Of a stretch of DNA of 64,000 nt, positions 28,742 to 38,000 are shown piece after piece (position 1 is the stretch's first letter; each line of letters begins with the position of its first letter). This DNA is from a virus. The stretch lies in the IMG/VR virus record IMGVR_UViG_3300032050_000010. The stretch is one strand, 5' to 3'. Position numbers and translations under genes: made by a program. The notes beneath the pieces were generated by a model, which had not been told where the DNA came from, ran no database searches, and saw only the letters and a list, made by a program, of their open reading frames with translations.

Positions 28742-29476
28742 ATGAACGACTCACTCGACCAATACTTCAAGCAGATCGCAACTGGTAAGCTTCTCACACA
28801 CGCAGAGGAGATCGAGCTCTCACAGCGGATCGAGGCAGGTGATAATGAGGCACGTCGGATCATGATCCAGTCGAACCTTCGTCTGGCGATCTCGATCGCC
28901 AAGAAGTACCAGCGGAGCGGCTGCAACCTGGAGGATCTCATCCAGGAGTCGAACGTGGGCCTGATCAAGGCAGTCGATCGATTTGATTGGCGTCGGGGTT
29001 TCAAGTTCAGCACCTACGCATCCTGGTGGATCAAGCAGGCCGTCCGTCGGCACGTGACTGACTCGATGTCTGACGTTCGGATGCCTTCTCACGCCGTGTC
29101 GCTGGCCTACAAGATCAGCAATTTCATCCGCGACTACGAGAACGAGTTCAACAACAGGCCCACGAACACTGAAATCGCTGAGATGCTGGGTGTCTCTGAG
29201 GAGACGGTCAAGGAGTCGCTGTACAACACTGGGCTCACTTCGACGATCTCTCTTGACACTCCCGTAGGTGACGAGTCGGATCGCACACTGATGGAGACGA
29301 TCGTCGACGACCGCGGGACGCACATCGATGAGCTGCTCGATCGAGCTCGTGTCTTTGATGTGGTCAAGCAGTGCATGCATCTTCTCACTCCCCGCGAGGA
29401 GCAGGTACTTCGTCTTCGGTTCGGCATCACTGATATCTCTGACATCGACGCACTTCCCAACACTCTTCAGGTTTGA
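28742..29476 (+). CDS. Sigma70-family factor lacking region 4.2
   Basis: YFKQI..LLT..EE, SNLRLAISIAKKY, DLIQE, FDWRRGFKFSTYASWWIKQA, ISLDTP, LTPREEQVLRLRFG, then stop. Confidence 0.9.
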   Translation: MNDSLDQYFKQIATGKLLTHAEEIELSQRIEAGDNEARRIMIQSNLRLAISIAKKYQRSGCNLEDLIQESNVGLIKAVDRFDWRRGFKFSTYASWWIKQAVRRHVTDSMSDVRMPSHAVSLAYKISNFIRDYENEFNNRPTNTEIAEMLGVSEETVKESLYNTGLTSTISLDTPVGDESDRTLMETIVDDRGTHIDELLDRARVFDVVKQCMHLLTPREEQVLRLRFGITDISDIDALPNTLQV

Positions 29477-29493
29477 TAAGGAGCAGAAATAAA

Positions 29494-29769
29494 ATGGCTA
29501 TGCCTATGGGTCACAAGTCCGAGAATGGTTACTCCACTGTCGCCGAGATCGACAACGGCCTGGGTTATCGTGAGATCGCGGAGGCAATGTCTTCTCGAGG
29601 TCACAAGATGAACCACTCGACCGCCCGCAATGTGCTCGTCTCGGCACTATCTAAGCTGGCAACCGGTGTCTGCAAGGCGTACGGCTCTGAGCCGTCGGAG
29701 GCAGAGATCAAGCGCGTCGCGTCAGATCCGCGCTTCCAGGCAGGCCTCTATGAGATCCTGTATAAGTAA
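29494..29769 (+). CDS. Stand-alone sigma region 4.2-like HTH protein
   Basis: LGYREIAEAM....MNHSTARNVLVSALSKL; own SD AAGGAG. Confidence 0.6.
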   Translation: MAMPMGHKSENGYSTVAEIDNGLGYREIAEAMSSRGHKMNHSTARNVLVSALSKLATGVCKAYGSEPSEAEIKRVASDPRFQAGLYEILYK

Positions 29770-29784
29770 ATACCAGGAGAAGAC

Positions 29785-30090
29785 ATGGCAATTTCACTCA
29801 AGTTCTTTATGATCAAGCGTGGATTAAGTTTTGACAAGCTTGTAGAAAAGTCGGGTGCAAAGTCAGCTGAAGATCTTGTCAGATACATGAGGGGCCTCTC
29901 TGTGGGCGTTACAGCAAACGATGAAGCTGACGTGCGCAATTACTTTGCATCAATTAAAACCGCACCACCCGATCCGCCCGCATCCGCTGTAGAGCAGGTT
30001 GAGGCTGCACCAGACGACCTGGACACAGTCGCACAAGATGACAAGCCCAAGCGCCGACGCTCAAAGAAGTCAGGCGGCTCTGATGTTTAG
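29785..30090 (+). CDS. Hypothetical protein
   Basis: SD AGGAG. Confidence 0.5.
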   Translation: MAISLKFFMIKRGLSFDKLVEKSGAKSAEDLVRYMRGLSVGVTANDEADVRNYFASIKTAPPDPPASAVEQVEAAPDDLDTVAQDDKPKRRRSKKSGGSDV

Positions 30091-30310
30091 CGGCTGGTAC
30101 GACGACGAGCAAAAGACAGCTTACATCCAGGTGGGTCGCACTGTCTTCATGGTGACAGCTGAGGAATTCATGGATTTCTTCGATCTAATCGGAGAATTGC
30201 AGCAGGACATGCTGGAGGATCCAGAGCTTGAATTGGGAACAGTCACCGACGAAGATGGCAATGAGTACCAAGAATTTGTAATTAAGAAGAAAGACGAAGA
30301 ATATAGCTAA
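30083..30310 (+). CDS. Acidic hypothetical protein
   Basis: Start reassigned to MFSGWY. Confidence 0.5.
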   Translation: MFSGWYDDEQKTAYIQVGRTVFMVTAEEFMDFFDLIGELQQDMLEDPELELGTVTDEDGNEYQEFVIKKKDEEYS

Positions 30311-30323
30311 AGGAGAAACACAC

Positions 30324-30539
30324 ATGACCAAAGAAATCGTTCAAGAGCTCATCGAGAAGATCACAACCATCGACAACGAGATCAAGCTTCTTCAGGAAGA
30401 TCGCAAGACGCTTCTTGAGGATTACAAGGACAAGCTCGACATCAAGGCGTTCAAGGCGGCAGTTCGTATCATCAAGCTGCGTGAGAATGTCGACAACGGT
30501 GAGCTTGATAACATCCTCGGAGTTCTGGACAACAACTAA
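30324..30539 (+). CDS. GapR/DUF2312-like DNA-binding protein
   Basis: LIEKI..I..EIK.L.EDRK.L...K...DIKA.K..VRI.K pattern. Confidence 0.55.
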   Translation: MTKEIVQELIEKITTIDNEIKLLQEDRKTLLEDYKDKLDIKAFKAAVRIIKLRENVDNGELDNILGVLDNN

Positions 30540-31042
30540 TGGACAACACTATCTCTGTGACACAGACAGGTTACAATCGCGTTAGCAAGCAGATCAACGA
30601 TCTGAAGCGCGAACACACACAGCTCAATGCAGACATTGCTGCTGCACTTGAGGGCAAGAGCTCTGAGGAGAATGATGAGTTCCTGCTTGCGAAGCAGCGC
30701 CAGCACCAGATCGAGACAAGCATCACAAAGCTGAGTGCGCTGCTGGAGAACTTTGAAGTCGTCGAGACGATCGACTTCACAGGGCGGGCAGATTTTGGCA
30801 CAGTTGTGACAGTGCGCAATCTCGACACTGACGTTGAGAAGACATACACACTCCTCAGTGAGTATGACTCGAACGCAAAGGCAGGCATCATTTCAACTGC
30901 CTCCCCGATCGGTGCAGGACTGCTTGGTCGTCGAGCAGGCGACTCAGTTGAGATCGAGATGCCTAACGGATCTGTCATCCCATTCGAGGTGCTCAGTGTC
31001 GGTGTCAGCAGCTTTGTCACTCGTTCGCAGCCAGACGCGTAG
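30539..31042 (+). CDS. greA: Transcription elongation factor GreA/GreB
   Basis: T..GY..., SEENDEF..AK..Q, FGTVV, GIISTASPIGAGLLG...GD. Confidence 0.85.
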   Translation: MDNTISVTQTGYNRVSKQINDLKREHTQLNADIAAALEGKSSEENDEFLLAKQRQHQIETSITKLSALLENFEVVETIDFTGRADFGTVVTVRNLDTDVEKTYTLLSEYDSNAKAGIISTASPIGAGLLGRRAGDSVEIEMPNGSVIPFEVLSVGVSSFVTRSQPDA

Positions 31043-31565
31043 GCAGAGATACGACCAGAAGAAGGAGACGGCGCAGCGGAGCAACATCTCTGTCTGCGCC
31101 GTTAACTTTGGATGTGATGAAAATTTAGGTTATCTGATCAGAGCTGCAGCGTGCTTCGGTGTTGACACAGTTCACGTGATTGGAAATGTTCCAGAGCGCA
31201 AGCATCTCGTGCCGGTGTCAGGTAGCCTGATAGATTACGTCACAATCGTGCAGCACAGTAACCCCCACAACTTTCTCGAGATGATGCGACAGCAAAATGT
31301 GTCTGTCGTCTCAGCAGAATTAACTGACATTGCTGTCTCTGTTCACGACTACGAGTTTGACGCAGAGCGTGCTGTCTGCATCGCTGTGGGCAATGAGCAC
31401 AGCGGCGTCCCAGCTGAGATCCTGCACAACAGCGATGTCGTCTACATTCCAATGCCCGGTGTTGGGTTCTGCTTGAACACTGCACAGACCGCCAATATAA
31501 TGCTCTTCGAGTTCAACCGCCAACAAAATGTGAGGAAGGCAAGTGAACATCTTTGTGCTGGATAA
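31014..31565 (+). CDS. SpoU/TrmH-family RNA methyltransferase (start uncertain)
   Basis: NLGYLIRAAACFG, VGNEHSGVP, YIPMPG...LNTA. Confidence 0.85.
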   Translation: MSLVRSQTRRQRYDQKKETAQRSNISVCAVNFGCDENLGYLIRAAACFGVDTVHVIGNVPERKHLVPVSGSLIDYVTIVQHSNPHNFLEMMRQQNVSVVSAELTDIAVSVHDYEFDAERAVCIAVGNEHSGVPAEILHNSDVVYIPMPGVGFCLNTAQTANIMLFEFNRQQNVRKASEHLCAG

Positions 31566-32121
31566 GGATCCCCGGCGTGCCGCTGAGTATCACTGCGACA
31601 AGCATGCAGTAAAGATGATACTAGAGAGTGCGCAAATGCTGTGCACAGCGCACTGGCTCGGATGGGCCCGCATGCTTAAGGCACCACCCATGAAGAAGAA
31701 AGATCTCCAGCAGTGGCTCTACAAGAACGTACCCAAGGATCTTCAGCCACCCTGGAAGATGACGCATGTCAATCACCCCTGCACTCAGTGGACACAGTAT
31801 GTGTGGGGCAACTACTTCTGGCACAGTCGTCTGGGCCTGGCACTCTGTGATGTCTACACTGAGCGCTATGGAAAGGTGCACAAGTCACATGAAGTGCACC
31901 GCTGGCTGAATCGACACATCCCGCCCACATTCGAGGCAACTGTAGAGAACCCGGTCGGTACGACGCAGTTTGCTGTGTGCATGCCCGATGAGTGTAAAGT
32001 GCCTGATGACCCTGTTGAATCGTACCGCAGCTACTATCGCATGCACAAGGTAAAAATGGCTCGATGGGCCCACAGCGAAAAACCCGTCTGGTTTAACCAG
32101 ATTAAGCAGGAGACACTTTGA
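31543..32121 (+). CDS. Pyrimidine-dimer DNA glycosylase-family protein
   Basis: MNIFVLD.DP..AA..HCDKH..KMILESAQML; HVNHPCT.W; RYGKVH; YRSYY. Confidence 0.75.
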   Translation: MNIFVLDKDPRRAAEYHCDKHAVKMILESAQMLCTAHWLGWARMLKAPPMKKKDLQQWLYKNVPKDLQPPWKMTHVNHPCTQWTQYVWGNYFWHSRLGLALCDVYTERYGKVHKSHEVHRWLNRHIPPTFEATVENPVGTTQFAVCMPDECKVPDDPVESYRSYYRMHKVKMARWAHSEKPVWFNQIKQETL

Positions 32122-33755
32122 GCACAATTAATGTAGATACATGGGTCGAGTACTTCCCGTTCAAGGCGCCTCGCGCAGAGCAGGTCGACGCGATTAATTT
32201 CATCCTCCGATCATTTCTCGAGGACGGAAAGCGCTTCGTCATTGCGGATCTAGGCACCGGTGTGGGTAAGTCGGCGATCGCGGTGACAGTCGCGAGATAC
32301 CTGAATGCTCATTCACCACCATCTTCACCGGATGAAGCTGCTCCCGGCGCGTGGTTCATGACGACCCAGAAGATCCTCCAGGAGCAGTACTGCGAGGATT
32401 TCGGCGCCCCATTGGGTGCCATGCGGTCGATCCGCTCTGCAACCAACTACACCTGCGACTTCCTCAAGAAGCACAACTGCAGTGAGGGCCAGCAGATGCT
32501 CCGCGGTGCAGACAAGAGCTCAAAGTTCTGGAAGGCGTGCATGTTCAGCTGCCGCTACAAGCAGGAGCGAAAGGCATTCCTTGAAGCACCCGAGTCGGTG
32601 ACCAACTTCTCCTACGCACTGACAGCAGCGAACTACGGCGACAAGATCCTAAAGCGGAACTTGCTCGTCCTTGATGAGTGTCACAACACCGAGACAGAGC
32701 TGGCGAAGTTCATCGAGATCTCGATCTCTGAGAAGGCAGCGAGTGCCGTGGGGCTTGATTGGCCCGACTTGAGCACATACTTACAGACTGTGAAGTGGAT
32801 CCGTGACACGTATGTTCCCACTTCACGCGGTGTTCTTCGAGACATGGAAGCTGACCTCGAGCAGTTTAAGGAGCTCGAGGGGCAGTCGAAGGAGTACGCT
32901 GACATGGCACGGCGATACGAGATCCTCAATGGTCACGTTCAGAAGGTGGAGACGTTCCTCCAGCTGCAAGATCCCGACAACTGGGTGTTTGAGAACCTCC
33001 CATCAGTCGGCAAGAACACTGCTAAGATCACCTTCAAGCCGATCGACATCTCACCCTTTGCCGAGCAGTATCTCTTCAGGCTGGGCAAGCGTGTCCTCCT
33101 GATGTCCGCGACTGTGATCAACTGTGACATCTACGCTGAGTCGCTGGGGTTACCCAAGGATCAGTACACTGCGATCTCGAAGCCCACACCCTTCCCAGTC
33201 GAGAACCGACCCATCTACTTCTCACCCGTCGGGCTGATGAGCGCTGATCACATTGACGCATCGCTACCCAAGCTCGCGGAGGCCGTGAAGGAGATCCTGA
33301 AGGAACACAAGGGACAGAAGGGCATCATCCACTCCCACAGCTACAAGATCACCAACTTCCTCCGGAAGAACATCCGCGATAAGCGCCTCATCTTCCACGA
33401 CGCTGACGACCGTGAGGAGGCACTTCGGAAGCACATGTCGTCGACCACTGCCACCGTCCTCGTCTCACCCAGCATGGCTGAGGGCGTCGACCTGCGGGAT
33501 GACCTATCACGCTTCCAGATCATCATGAAGGTACCCTACCCATCGCTAGGTGACAAGCTGGTCAAGAAGCGGATGCACCGCTGGTCGTGGTGGTACCCGA
33601 TGCAGACGATCAAGACGATTGTGCAGGCCGTGGGACGCTCAATTAGAAATGAAAAGGATCAGGCGGTCACGTATATTTTAGATGCTGATTGGCAGCGTTT
33701 CTACAACAAGAACAGCAACATCTTTCCAGATAGCTTCAAGCAAGCTCTCAAGTGA
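32118..33755 (+). CDS. DinG/Rad3-like ATP-dependent helicase
   Basis: GTGVGKS, Cys cluster, DECH, MSAT, EGVDL, QAVGRSIR. Confidence 0.9.
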   Translation: MSTINVDTWVEYFPFKAPRAEQVDAINFILRSFLEDGKRFVIADLGTGVGKSAIAVTVARYLNAHSPPSSPDEAAPGAWFMTTQKILQEQYCEDFGAPLGAMRSIRSATNYTCDFLKKHNCSEGQQMLRGADKSSKFWKACMFSCRYKQERKAFLEAPESVTNFSYALTAANYGDKILKRNLLVLDECHNTETELAKFIEISISEKAASAVGLDWPDLSTYLQTVKWIRDTYVPTSRGVLRDMEADLEQFKELEGQSKEYADMARRYEILNGHVQKVETFLQLQDPDNWVFENLPSVGKNTAKITFKPIDISPFAEQYLFRLGKRVLLMSATVINCDIYAESLGLPKDQYTAISKPTPFPVENRPIYFSPVGLMSADHIDASLPKLAEAVKEILKEHKGQKGIIHSHSYKITNFLRKNIRDKRLIFHDADDREEALRKHMSSTTATVLVSPSMAEGVDLRDDLSRFQIIMKVPYPSLGDKLVKKRMHRWSWWYPMQTIKTIVQAVGRSIRNEKDQAVTYILDADWQRFYNKNSNIFPDSFKQALK

Positions 33756-33761
33756 CATCCA

Positions 33762-33935
33762 ATGTTTGCACCTGTATTTCACGCAATTTTAGCAGCTTTG
33801 AACGTCTTTCTTGTAATCTTCAACTATCGTTCAGAAGATTATCTTGACGCAGGAGTGCACGTCTTGTTCGTGATCAACTTCTTCATCATGTTCTTAATAA
33901 CGATAGGAGAGGCCAGAGATGGATCTGCAGATTGA
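33762..33935 (+). CDS. Small two-TM membrane protein (57 aa, not in ORF track)
   Basis: MFAPVFHAILAALNVFLVIF...VHVLFVINFFIMFLITIG. Confidence 0.45.
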   Translation: MFAPVFHAILAALNVFLVIFNYRSEDYLDAGVHVLFVINFFIMFLITIGEARDGSAD

Positions 33936-34425
33936 CAGCTGGTGCAGCGGTAGTGGTACAACCTCCGACTGGCTGGGTGTGCTCGATGACGTGAAGCAGT
34001 CGATCCTGCAGGGCTGTAGGATCTTTGTGGGTGCTGACAGCGTCAAGGAGCAGAAAGATTGCACGTTCGTGGTGACTGTCTGCATATACAATCCCGGCGC
34101 AGGAGGTAGATATTACTTCAAGCGCTTTAAGCAGCCTACCAAGATCTTCCCGTCGCTTCGTGCGCGGATATTTCAAGAAGCTGCTGAGGCGATTGAGGTC
34201 ACTCTGAAGTTGCTGCAAGAGATACCAGATGCGCCTGTCGAGATCCACCTCGACGTCAACCGCGACAAGAGGCATGAGACAGGCACCTTCAGTGAGCAGG
34301 TGGTCGGCTACGCAAAGTCGATCGGCGTCGACTGTAAGATCAAACCCGACTCCTGGGCCTCATCTGACATTGCAGATAAACACACCCGCCACAGATATAA
34401 TAAGAGACAAACAGAGAAAAGGTGA
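33919..34425 (+). CDS. RNase H-like YkuK-family protein
   Basis: IFVGADS, GGRY, SLRARI..EA, EIHLDVN, IKPDSWASS.IAD. Confidence 0.8.
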   Translation: MDLQIDSWCSGSGTTSDWLGVLDDVKQSILQGCRIFVGADSVKEQKDCTFVVTVCIYNPGAGGRYYFKRFKQPTKIFPSLRARIFQEAAEAIEVTLKLLQEIPDAPVEIHLDVNRDKRHETGTFSEQVVGYAKSIGVDCKIKPDSWASSDIADKHTRHRYNKRQTEKR

Positions 34426-34429
34426 CACA

Positions 34430-34624
34430 ATGATGAACAAGTATGACATGGCCGACATCATCCTAAGCGAGCCCCTTCTTGGGGGAAAGAAGATGGATCC
34501 CAAAGCTGTCCTGCTCGACATGATCGAGGCACTCGACGATCGTGCGGCCGAGAGAGCACTCCGATCAGTTGCGAAGACGTGGGGCATCTCTCTCTCAGCC
34601 GAGCGCGACCGCAATGACGACTGA
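34430..34624 (+). CDS. Hypothetical protein
   Basis: Start reassigned to MMNKYD. Confidence 0.45.
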   Translation: MMNKYDMADIILSEPLLGGKKMDPKAVLLDMIEALDDRAAERALRSVAKTWGISLSAERDRNDD

Positions 34625-34886
34625 AGCGCCCCCAAAGACGAAGATCTTCCGCAAGAAGAAGGGCAGCGACGAGGATGTCATTGCCAAGATGACCAAGCTC
34701 CTACAGAAGAAGTTTCCCAAGCGGGAGATCGAGGTGAAGATCACGTCAGACGACGGTGGGCGACTCATCGAGGTTCACATCAATGAAGCCAAACTCTCAA
34801 GGTCAGTGCGTGAATTTCTGCCCCTCAACTGGGAAGGTTGGCGCACGGTAGTGATAAATAGATATGCAGCATCAGGTGCAGAATGA
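34614..34886 (+). CDS. Hypothetical protein
   Basis: Start reassigned to MTTEAP. Confidence 0.5.
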   Translation: MTTEAPPKTKIFRKKKGSDEDVIAKMTKLLQKKFPKREIEVKITSDDGGRLIEVHINEAKLSRSVREFLPLNWEGWRTVVINRYAASGAE

Positions 34887-35080
34887 TTAAGAGCGGTGAT
34901 AGAGTATACCCATACTACAACATGGGCCAGAAGGGACGCGTGGTTCGCGTCCAGCGGTCAAACGTGACAGCGAACGCAGTGGGTGGCACACTCGCTGCTG
35001 AGTTTCTTGCTGAGATCCTCCTTGACGACGGGCAGACAGTTGTTGTCCACCGTGTGCAGGACCTGATGAGGGAGGAGTGA
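34883..35080 (+). CDS. Small SH3/KOW-like protein
   Basis: IKSGDRV...GQKGRVVRV. Confidence 0.5.
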   Translation: MIKSGDRVYPYYNMGQKGRVVRVQRSNVTANAVGGTLAAEFLAEILLDDGQTVVVHRVQDLMREE

Positions 35081-35081
35081 G

Positions 35082-38000
35082 ATGAAGACGAAAGTTACCC
35101 TATCTGAGCAGCAATTAAGATCGCTGATACGTGATGTGTTAATTGAAGCACCCGTTCCTGAGGGTGCTGGAGATGATTTTAATTCTCTAGTTACTCCAGC
35201 AGTCAGAGATCAGCTTGAAACTACGATCCAATATCTTGGGAAATTCATAGATCCCACGGGCGTTGCGGGAAGCACTAGGTTCAAAGCAAAACTGTGGGTG
35301 CACATCATGAATTCGCCGCCTCACATTTGCAAGTCAGGCAATACGGAGATGGAAGGAGGCATAAAGTTTATAGGCTATCAAGTTCCTGAAGCTGCTTCAA
35401 ATGATTTAGGTCCCGATGCACTTCTCATTAATTTGGTCAATTTTATCGCGTGCGCCTTCGCGCAGGGTAAAGAAGTTTCTATTAACACGTTTAGTGGTCC
35501 AAAGAAACTAAAACCTAACTGCTCTCTGTATTCACTTGCAATTGGTGATAGTGCTTACATTGGATCAATGGATCCAGGACAGGTAGAGATCTACAGAGAT
35601 CCCGCGATTAATTTCACAGTACATGATGTTAAAACTCCAGCGGGTCAATCAGAATACATCAAAAATGTTGTCGCAAAGCCAGATGTTCTTAGTAAGATCA
35701 TTCCTGAAATCAAGATGATAGAGGGTGCCGGTGGTAAACCAATCCCTAAGCTAGATTATGCTAATGAAGATGCAAAGAAAAAGCTAGGTGATCTTATCAA
35801 GCAACAACTTGAAGGTGTTCAAGCAAGACTCCGCGAGCAGATCAATAAATTCAACACACCGCAGATGCAATACTATCTCTACGAGCCACTTCTGCGGCCA
35901 ACTGCATGGATGTCTAATCCTGATTTATCTGAGCCCACATCATCACCGTGGTGGGCGGCATGGGAAGCGTGCAACATTTTTGCTAGGACAGTTGATACCT
36001 ATAAAGACCCAGTGAGCCAGAATGCAGCATGCGCTGCAATGGTGTTAAACATGGCCAATCAGGCAAAGAAGGGTGTTGCGTTTAGAGCAACAGATAGAGG
36101 TTGGTCATCAGAGGCACGCGGTGGAAGTTATCAGACACTTCTTGAATCGCTATCGGGTAATGAATTACGTGTCTTCTTAACTGAGGCACAATTAAAGAGA
36201 TTAATACACTCGGCACTGTCTTTATCAAGACTAGATGAAGTAACACCGCCGCCGTCCTGGTCGTCGGCACTAGATATTGCTGAGAAAATTCCTGGTGTTG
36301 GGGGTTTAGTAAAAGCTGCTAGATCGATTGGATCACTTGGCGGTGATGCAGAACAAGCAACGGGCGCAGCAGGAGCAGCCGCAAGAGACACAGAAGCGAT
36401 TAGAGCGCTTGCAGGTGCAGTAAAGACTAAGACAGCTGCAGCAGGACTTGATACAGCGCTGGTAGGTGCATCAAGAGTTGTCAAAGCAATTAATCCAAGT
36501 GAAGCAGATCAAAGAATTGCTGCACTAACGACACGGCTCGTACAGCAAACTTATGACACTCTATTCAGAACCACTGATGCTATGGACGTTTTTATTGATA
36601 ATTTAGCAAATAGCGTTGGTGACCAGGTTGGAAGACTCGCTGCAAGTCGAAATTTTAATCAGACTCAAGTTGATGCTGTTGTTAATTTCTGTGTCGAGTC
36701 TGTCAAGTTCACCCTAAGAGAGACCTTAGCAGGAAATGCCGATGCTGCGGGTCTAGATGCTGCAAGAAATGCATTGATTGCGGCAGATCCTCAAGACCTT
36801 TTAGGTACATTCCTGACAAGTCCATCAACTACACCCATGGTTAAAGAAGCTGTAAAAGGGCAAATTATAGAAGTTTCTGACAGTATCCTTAAAGATCCAA
36901 GCTTCGCACCTGTTTCAACATTTGCAAAATCAACAGTCATCGACACTCTCAACGGTCAACTTGATGATGTGGGTCTAAAACTTTCTCCCGATGGAACAAA
37001 AATTACATTTCCAAGAAGCAATTCGCCAACCACAGAATATGCTGTTCTAGATATAAGAAGAACACTTGAGAAATATGAAAGTCAACTAGCACAAGCTGCA
37101 TCATCCGGCGCTCCGCCAATATTTACGACTGATACTGTAAAGCTGCGGTCTTTTCTTGATTCAACATTTAAGAGATCTGATGCCGACGGAATTGCTAAGT
37201 TTAGAGAAATTCTAGACGGTATTGATGAAACTGTAGGTGCACAGCCTGCCAAGAAAATAACGACTGATTTACTGGAGACTGTAAGCGGTGGGGTTGTTGA
37301 TCTTTTAGAGATAACTTTGTATCCTACGTTGACAAGTCAGGCAACGAAGGCAGCTAGACAAGTCCCAGGTGCAACAGGTGCAGCAAAGGCATCTAGGTAT
37401 GCGGACTTAATATTGGGCGGAGGAACGTCATCGACAGCGTCTTGGCTTCAATCAAAAATGGTGATTCAAGATATTCTCGGCACATGGCGCCGCGGCGGCG
37501 TCCTCTCAAAAGGATCAGCTGTACTTAAAGTTGCCTCTGTTGCGCTCTTCACAGCGCCTAAGACTAGAGCCGATATTGGACGTGGAATTTTGACAGGATC
37601 AGGTTGGATACTTACAAAATTAGGAGCGTCTAGCTTCGGTCCCAAGCTTATGAGAGCAGGCCGTCTTAACAAATACCTCATACCTAGGATTGTCGGAGAT
37701 GGCGCCATTTTTTTGCTCTTTTCTCCGCTTGTTGCCGATAAAGTTATGCAAAACGATCCTCTAGCAAGAGCTTTATATGCAGATTTATTTGAGAGAGGCG
37801 GCTATACAGAATTTGGCGGTCTTGCTAGAATGGCATTTGATGTGATCAATGAGTTAGGAAGATCTCTAGATGTTGATCAAGAATTAAAAGATTACTTGAA
37901 GTTTGTTGCGGACGGGCAGGCACCCGAAACAATGCGTTTAGGTTTTCGAAATTTATTAGCGACACAGCTGGGCACACTTTCTGATACACAGCTTGAACAG

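Noticed and set aside
29461-29500. Programmed frameshift joining the sigma gene and the HTH gene
   Set aside because: Double stop, no obvious slippery heptamer, and a dedicated SD/ATG for the second gene; not fully excluded
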